From assembly GCA_963793265.1 (NCBI GenBank), contig CAWBZI010000001.1, positions 1,408,001 through 1,472,000 on the forward strand: DNA of 64,000 nt, read 5' to 3'. This document shows positions 59,193 to 64,000 of this stretch, piece after piece (the stretch's first letter is position 1; the number at the start of each line of letters is the position of its first letter). The notes below the pieces were generated by a model. The model worked only from the letters and a program-made list of their open reading frames with translations. It was not told where the DNA came from and did no database searches. This DNA is from an uncultured cyanobacterium (GTDB lineage Bacteria; Cyanobacteriota; Cyanobacteriia; Phormidesmidales; Phormidesmidaceae). Made by a program: the position numbers and the translations under genes.

Positions 59193-60263
59193 ATGGCGAT
59201 GCGTGTGGGTTTGGTGTTTGGGGGTAGATCGGGAGAGCATGAGGTTTCGATCCGGTCGGCAGGTGCGATCGCCCAGGCCCTTTCCCAAGGCGACAATCAA
59301 ACCAAATATGAAGTCATCCCAGTCTATATTCGCAAAGACGGCCAGTGGCTAAATGGAGAGCTTGCTCAGCAGGCGATCGCATCGGGTCAACCCTTATCAG
59401 ACGACGACAGCAGCGCCGCGCCTTCCCTAGTTGATCGGCTTCCGAACTTAGCCGAACTCAGCAATATTGACATTTGGTTTCCGGTTCTACACGGGCCTAA
59501 TGGCGAAGATGGCACCATTCAAGGGCTCTTTGAAGTACTACAGGTGCCCTATGTAGGCTGCGGCGTTTTAGGATCATCGCTGGGCATGGATAAGCTCGCG
59601 ATGAAGAGTGCCTTTGCGCAGGTGGGCCTGCCACAGGTGAAATACAGAGGCGTCTCGCGCGCTGAGATCTACTCTAATCCCTGTATCTTTCCAAAGCTCT
59701 GCGACGACATCGAAGCCGACTTGGGCTATCCGTGCTTTGTGAAGCCTGCGAACTTAGGATCTTCAGTCGGCATTGCTAAGGCCAGCAATCGCCAAGAGCT
59801 AGAAGCCGCCTTAGACAGTGCCGCCAGCTACGACCGCCGGGTGATTGTAGAAGCAGGCGTGGTGGCTCGCGAGGTGGAGTGCTCTATTTTAGGCAATGAC
59901 AATCCCAAGGCTTCGGTGCTAGGTGAAACGAAATTCAGCACTGATTTTTATGATTATGAGACGAAGTATACCGATGGCGGGGCGGAGCTGCTGATTCCTT
60001 CGCCTGTGCCGGATGGGGTACGCGATCGCATTCAAGAAATGTCCATTCAAGCCTTCCAGGCCATTGACGGCGCAGGCATCTCCCGCGTTGACTTTTTCTA
60101 TATAGAAGAAACTGGCGAAATCCTAATCAACGAAATCAACACCCTACCCGGCTTCACCGCCACCAGCATGTACCCCATGATGTGGCAAGCCTCTGGGGTC
60201 GATTTTCCACAGCTCGTAGATAAGCTGATTCAGCTAGGATTAGAGAGAACATCGCAAAAATAG
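59193..60263 (+). CDS. ddl: D-alanine--D-alanine ligase
   Basis: [48 protein letters not shown]. Confidence 0.98.
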   Translation: MAMRVGLVFGGRSGEHEVSIRSAGAIAQALSQGDNQTKYEVIPVYIRKDGQWLNGELAQQAIASGQPLSDDDSSAAPSLVDRLPNLAELSNIDIWFPVLHGPNGEDGTIQGLFEVLQVPYVGCGVLGSSLGMDKLAMKSAFAQVGLPQVKYRGVSRAEIYSNPCIFPKLCDDIEADLGYPCFVKPANLGSSVGIAKASNRQELEAALDSAASYDRRVIVEAGVVAREVECSILGNDNPKASVLGETKFSTDFYDYETKYTDGGAELLIPSPVPDGVRDRIQEMSIQAFQAIDGAGISRVDFFYIEETGEILINEINTLPGFTATSMYPMMWQASGVDFPQLVDKLIQLGLERTSQK

Positions 60264-60282
60264 TTCATTTGGCAACCTCCTC

Positions 60283-60726
60283 ATGCTGAAGCTCAAAGCG
60301 CTATACGATACCGACTTTAACGTTTGGGTAGAGTCTCAGATTGAGGCACTAAAAGCACAGCGACTAGAAGACTTAGATCTGCCAAATTTGATAGAGGAAA
60401 TAGAAGGCTTGGCTAAGCACGATAAAAGGGCACTTCGCTCTCATTTAAAAGTGCTGCTCATGCACCTTCTAAAGTGGCAGTTTCAGTCAGACAAACGCTC
60501 TAATAGCTGGCGAGCTACTATCTCAAACGCCAGAATCGAAATTGAAGACATTCTCTCTGATAGCCCCAGCCTGAAGAATTATCTACCAACTGTGCTAGAT
60601 AAAACCTACAGCAACGCTAGAAACTTAGCGGCAATAGAAACTGGCTCAGCCATTCAAGCGTTTCCTGAAAACTGTCCTTGCCCGCTATCTGAAGCGCTAA
60701 CCCTCGCATTTTTTCCAGAAAGCTAA
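60283..60726 (+). CDS. DUF29 family protein
   Basis: LYDTDFNVW, LDLPNLIEEIE, LLMHLLKWQFQ, SNSW, SPSLKNY, FPENCP. Confidence 0.93.
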   Translation: MLKLKALYDTDFNVWVESQIEALKAQRLEDLDLPNLIEEIEGLAKHDKRALRSHLKVLLMHLLKWQFQSDKRSNSWRATISNARIEIEDILSDSPSLKNYLPTVLDKTYSNARNLAAIETGSAIQAFPENCPCPLSEALTLAFFPES

Positions 60727-60762
60727 GTCGTAGAAAGCTAAGTGTTGTTTTGGCTGCTTGCG

Positions 60763-62523
60763 CTAGCCGACTGCATAGCCTTCCGCTTCGGCCTTTTGCT
60801 TGTTCTCATCGGCAAACTCTGCCGATTCATCGTCATCATCATCAAAGTCTTCCTGACTGAGTACCATCGATCGCGTGAGCCAGTGCTCGTCCAGCTTGCA
60901 AATCAGGCGAGCATTGTTATACGCCTGTCGCATGGTCAAAACGGTATGACCGATGTACTTACCCGAAGGCTCGCGCCTGACAACTAGCGCTAAATCGGCA
61001 GTGTTTTCGTTTGCGAGGCACAAAGGCAACAGCAAATCGATACTGTTAATTTTGGGATAGTAGGTTGGAACAGCCGTCGTGTAATTAATCTGGGTTCTGC
61101 GCAGGGTGCGCTCTAAAGCGCCTTCTAATCTGCGAACCAACGTTCGATAGCCAGCAGGATCGGCATCTAAAGCTTCAACAAACGAGCGCTTGTAGTCAAA
61201 AAACTCCGGTGTCGTCAGTCCTTGCGTACTGCGAGGGACGAATCCTTCTGGTGCATACTGCTCTAAAAAAGCTAGGGGCAGCCGCGCCATATTATCTTTT
61301 ACAATGTGCTGCCAGTCTACCTGGGGGACACCTGCGGCTAGGTGGTAAAAGGCTTGATTAGCATCAGAAAGGTAGTTAGCTGCAACAGGAAGCTGAGAAA
61401 ATTGGGCAACAAGTTTTTTTCCGGCATAGCCTTCACCAGCGATGCAAAAGTCTAGGCTCCAAGGCGTTTGGCTGCTGCTTGTCTGTGTGAATAGAGCGTA
61501 GATGGGCCGCAGTAAGGTGTCGAGCAGGCCAGTATTAAAGGCACGGTACTTGTAGCTGGTGCTAGCAATCACTTTGCTTTCGTGTTGCAGGCGGATGAAG
61601 GTGTAGCGCAGATAGCTTTTGAGAATGGGGTGGGCGAAGTCTTCGGGCGGTTGCGGGCCAAAGTACCAGTTTTCGGGGAGAGCGATCGCAGCTAGTTCAC
61701 TCACCTTTCGGTTAAGCACCTCAGCCGAAAACCCTGCAAACCGAGAAAGCGGCTCAACCGTCCGGCTCATAGGCTGTGGCCGACTAATCGGCTGAGAAAC
61801 CGCAACTCTACCGTTCGTTCTACCGCTGGCACTAGCGACACGAGGCTTTTTGACAGGTGAGGATAAAGCGGATGCTCTAGAAGATTTCTTAGGCTTCTTA
61901 ACACCGCGCGAAGCTGACAGGCGTACATAGCCAGGACTATCTTCCTTAAACTCAATCAGATCACCTCTGCTACTAATAAAAGCTTCAAAGTCATTAAATC
62001 CATATCGCTGCGCCGAAAAATCAGGATCTTTAGCAACGACTTCTTCCCTCAAGCTGTCTAAATGCACCCAGCCATCGGCACTTTCATAAGACTTCAGCGC
62101 ATCGCTCAGCAACCGCTTGGTATCCGTTACAGGCCGCACATAATACACAGGTGCTGAGTTGGGATTGTCCGGGTCGGGCTCCACTCTTTCCATTTCCACC
62201 AAATCGGGCACCGCTTGGAGCAAATCAATCAGCTTCGTGAAATTATATTTTTCGTAGGAAAATGCGGCGTCCTGTTTTCTCAAAAGCGCACCTACCTGAG
62301 CGGCGTGTGTGCGATTCTGCCGCGATAGCTGATAGGTTGCCTGATAAATCAGCCGTCTGAGCGGCGCTGATGCTGGCGATATCTCAATGGTGCTAGTGCG
62401 GAGCGGCCTTTCTCGCGAAGACTCATTGCCAAGCCTGGCTGACTCTGTAGGCCGAGCGGCTGTGTGCTGGCTATGAAATAGGCGCTGAAGGAATCTAGAA
62501 ATAGATTGAAATAGGGATCTCAT
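60763..62523 (-). CDS. Two OST-HTH/LOTUS domains fused to DUF3825
   Basis: LOTUS-like repeats (VGALLRKQDAAFSYEKYNFTKLIDLL; GWVHLDSLREEVVAKDPDFSAQRYGFNDFEAFI); DUF3825 motifs LAAIALPENW, ILKSYLRYTF, FNTGL, AVPTYY, LLLPLCL, HTVLTMRQAYNNARLI. Confidence 0.82.
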   Translation of the reverse strand: MRSLFQSISRFLQRLFHSQHTAARPTESARLGNESSRERPLRTSTIEISPASAPLRRLIYQATYQLSRQNRTHAAQVGALLRKQDAAFSYEKYNFTKLIDLLQAVPDLVEMERVEPDPDNPNSAPVYYVRPVTDTKRLLSDALKSYESADGWVHLDSLREEVVAKDPDFSAQRYGFNDFEAFISSRGDLIEFKEDSPGYVRLSASRGVKKPKKSSRASALSSPVKKPRVASASGRTNGRVAVSQPISRPQPMSRTVEPLSRFAGFSAEVLNRKVSELAAIALPENWYFGPQPPEDFAHPILKSYLRYTFIRLQHESKVIASTSYKYRAFNTGLLDTLLRPIYALFTQTSSSQTPWSLDFCIAGEGYAGKKLVAQFSQLPVAANYLSDANQAFYHLAAGVPQVDWQHIVKDNMARLPLAFLEQYAPEGFVPRSTQGLTTPEFFDYKRSFVEALDADPAGYRTLVRRLEGALERTLRRTQINYTTAVPTYYPKINSIDLLLPLCLANENTADLALVVRREPSGKYIGHTVLTMRQAYNNARLICKLDEHWLTRSMVLSQEDFDDDDDESAEFADENKQKAEAEGYAVG

Positions 62524-62807
62524 CGTGTAGAGCGGTGCGTGGATAACACGGGTGAGTATGAAGGGCGCTATCTAAAAAATGACGAATCCACCCTAGCGTA
62601 GCGAGTACGCGCTTAAATAACAGCGCTCGTGTCATAGATTCGGAAAAATTGCTGTCGGCTGACAATAGATGTTAAGGCCGTTTTTGCCTTTACTTTAGGC
62701 TATTGATTATGCGATCGCGCTTACGTCGTTCGTGAGCAGGTGGTAAATTGACGTAAATTTAGATTGGATGGCTTTGTGATGAGATGGCCTCATCTGCATA
62801 AAATGGA

Positions 62808-63092
62808 ATGAAAATCTACGAAATTATTTGGAAAGATGCTTTTGTTGAAAAATTAGCGGTCAAACATGGAGTATCGACACAAGAAGTAGAAACTGTCCTC
62901 TCTCAGAAGTTTCATCTTCGGAAAGCCCAAAGAGGTCGTAAAAAGGGAGAGGATCTATACGCAGCATACGGAAAGACCGATACAGGTAGATTTTTAATCA
63001 TTTTCTTTATATGTAAATATCAAACCTCTGCGCTGCCCATTTCAGCCAGAGACATGACATCCTCGGAGCGGCAATACTATGAGCGTCAATAA
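62808..63092 (+). CDS. BrnT-family toxin
   Basis: EKLAVKHGVSTQEVE, YGKTDTGRFL, ISARDMTSSERQYY. Confidence 0.9.
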   Translation: MKIYEIIWKDAFVEKLAVKHGVSTQEVETVLSQKFHLRKAQRGRKKGEDLYAAYGKTDTGRFLIIFFICKYQTSALPISARDMTSSERQYYERQ

Positions 63093-63354
63093 GAATCCCG
63101 TCGATCCCTTACCAGAAGAATTTGACACCTACGAAGCAGTAGCGGCCTTTTGGGATACCCACGATACTACTGACTATTTAGATGCTTTTACGACAGTTGA
63201 GGTAGAAGACGTTGACATCCGAAACCGCCGGTTTGAGGTGGAAGTGAAGGCAGACTTGATGAAAGTTTTGGCTGAGAAAGCAGAGCAGCGGGGGGTTGCG
63301 GTTAGTCAGCTTGTTGATAGTTTGCTGCGAGAAAATATTTCGAGTGTCGCCTAG
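63079..63354 (+). CDS. CopG/BrnA-type antitoxin
   Basis: PEEFDTYEAVAAFWDTHDTTDY plus a C-terminal RHH. Confidence 0.87.
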   Translation: MSVNKNPVDPLPEEFDTYEAVAAFWDTHDTTDYLDAFTTVEVEDVDIRNRRFEVEVKADLMKVLAEKAEQRGVAVSQLVDSLLRENISSVA

Positions 63355-63458
63355 CGACTGTGGCATAGGATTTTGCTGATCGCTTTCAAGCCTATTGTTC
63401 CGCTGCTCATGGGTAGTAAGTGGTAGGTTTACGTAGACTGAGTTTGGACAGCTTTGCA

Positions 63459-64000
63459 ATGGGATGGCCTTGGCAGCGAAAGGAGAAGCAGGCGCAGAGT
63501 GAGCCCGTGTTGGAGCCGCTATCTGATCGCCAGTACGAGCAGTTGTTTTTGGCTTTGTTAAAGGATGTTGAGGAAGGGCGATCGCTTCAGCAACTGCAGG
63601 CTCGACTTGGTGGGCGGCAGCAGGATAGTAGCTTTGTTAGCTGGTTGAGGCGGTTTGGGCGATCGCGATTAGAAAATCCGGCAGCACATGTGGCATTGGG
63701 ACAACAGATGGTTGCACTAGCAGAGGTTGAGCTAGGGCCATTGAGTGTACTTTCGGGTGAAATCGGCAAGCAGTTGCTAACACAGGATGCAGCGCCGAGA
63801 TCTGAGGCTCTATCGGATGAACCGCAGCCTGCTCAGGTGATAGATGAAGAAACGACTACGGAAGAGATCACTAGGCGAGCGGACTTTTACTTTCAGCAGG
63901 GGAAAGAATCTTATTATCAAGGTGATTTGAGAGGAGCGATCACTGCATATAACAAAGCTCTGGATATCAACCCTTATTTATATGGAGTGTTGGTTAACAA
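63459..64000 (+). CDS. Tetratricopeptide-repeat protein, 5' part (runs off window end)
   Basis: Open frame from ATG at 63459 (MGWPWQRKEK...YEQLFLALL...FVSWLRRFG); first TPR FYFQQGKESYYQGDLRGAITAYNKALDINP. Confidence 0.8.
   Translation, partial: MGWPWQRKEKQAQSEPVLEPLSDRQYEQLFLALLKDVEEGRSLQQLQARLGGRQQDSSFVSWLRRFGRSRLENPAAHVALGQQMVALAEVELGPLSVLSGEIGKQLLTQDAAPRSEALSDEPQPAQVIDEETTTEEITRRADFYFQQGKESYYQGDLRGAITAYNKALDINPYLYGVLVN

Overview
Cyanobacterial chromosomal segment. The evidence is a very dense HIP1 octamer (GCGATCGC), psbU, PSRP-3/ycf65 and atpD-atpC divergent from groES-groEL; a Leptolyngbya/Phormidesmis-like strain is inferred, not verified. Most genes are housekeeping (purB, prfC, dnaB, rplI, gloB, a stand-alone EF-G paralogue, polA, rnz, cobU, atpDC, groESL, nadB, psbU, uppP, TolC, ddl). 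Many small accessory insertions sit between them, including about eight toxin-antitoxin loci, two with a broken toxin and one with an orphan antitoxin. Other accessory genes are a Uma2 nuclease, DUF29, an orphan membrane-anchored receiver protein, a HEPN-motif protein and a pair of glycine-zipper proteins. Highlights: DnaB with two inteins (a LAGLIDADG intein in the P-loop and a mini-intein at DLRE|SG); a double-LOTUS + DUF3825 protein; a candidate small RNA upstream of ddl; a structured polA-rnz spacer; a recurring CCGTA-N4-TACGG-like promoter motif; REP/MITE-like repeats; and several pseudogenes. No rRNA, intact tRNA, transposase or CRISPR array was recognised. All family assignments come from motif recognition by eye, not database searches.
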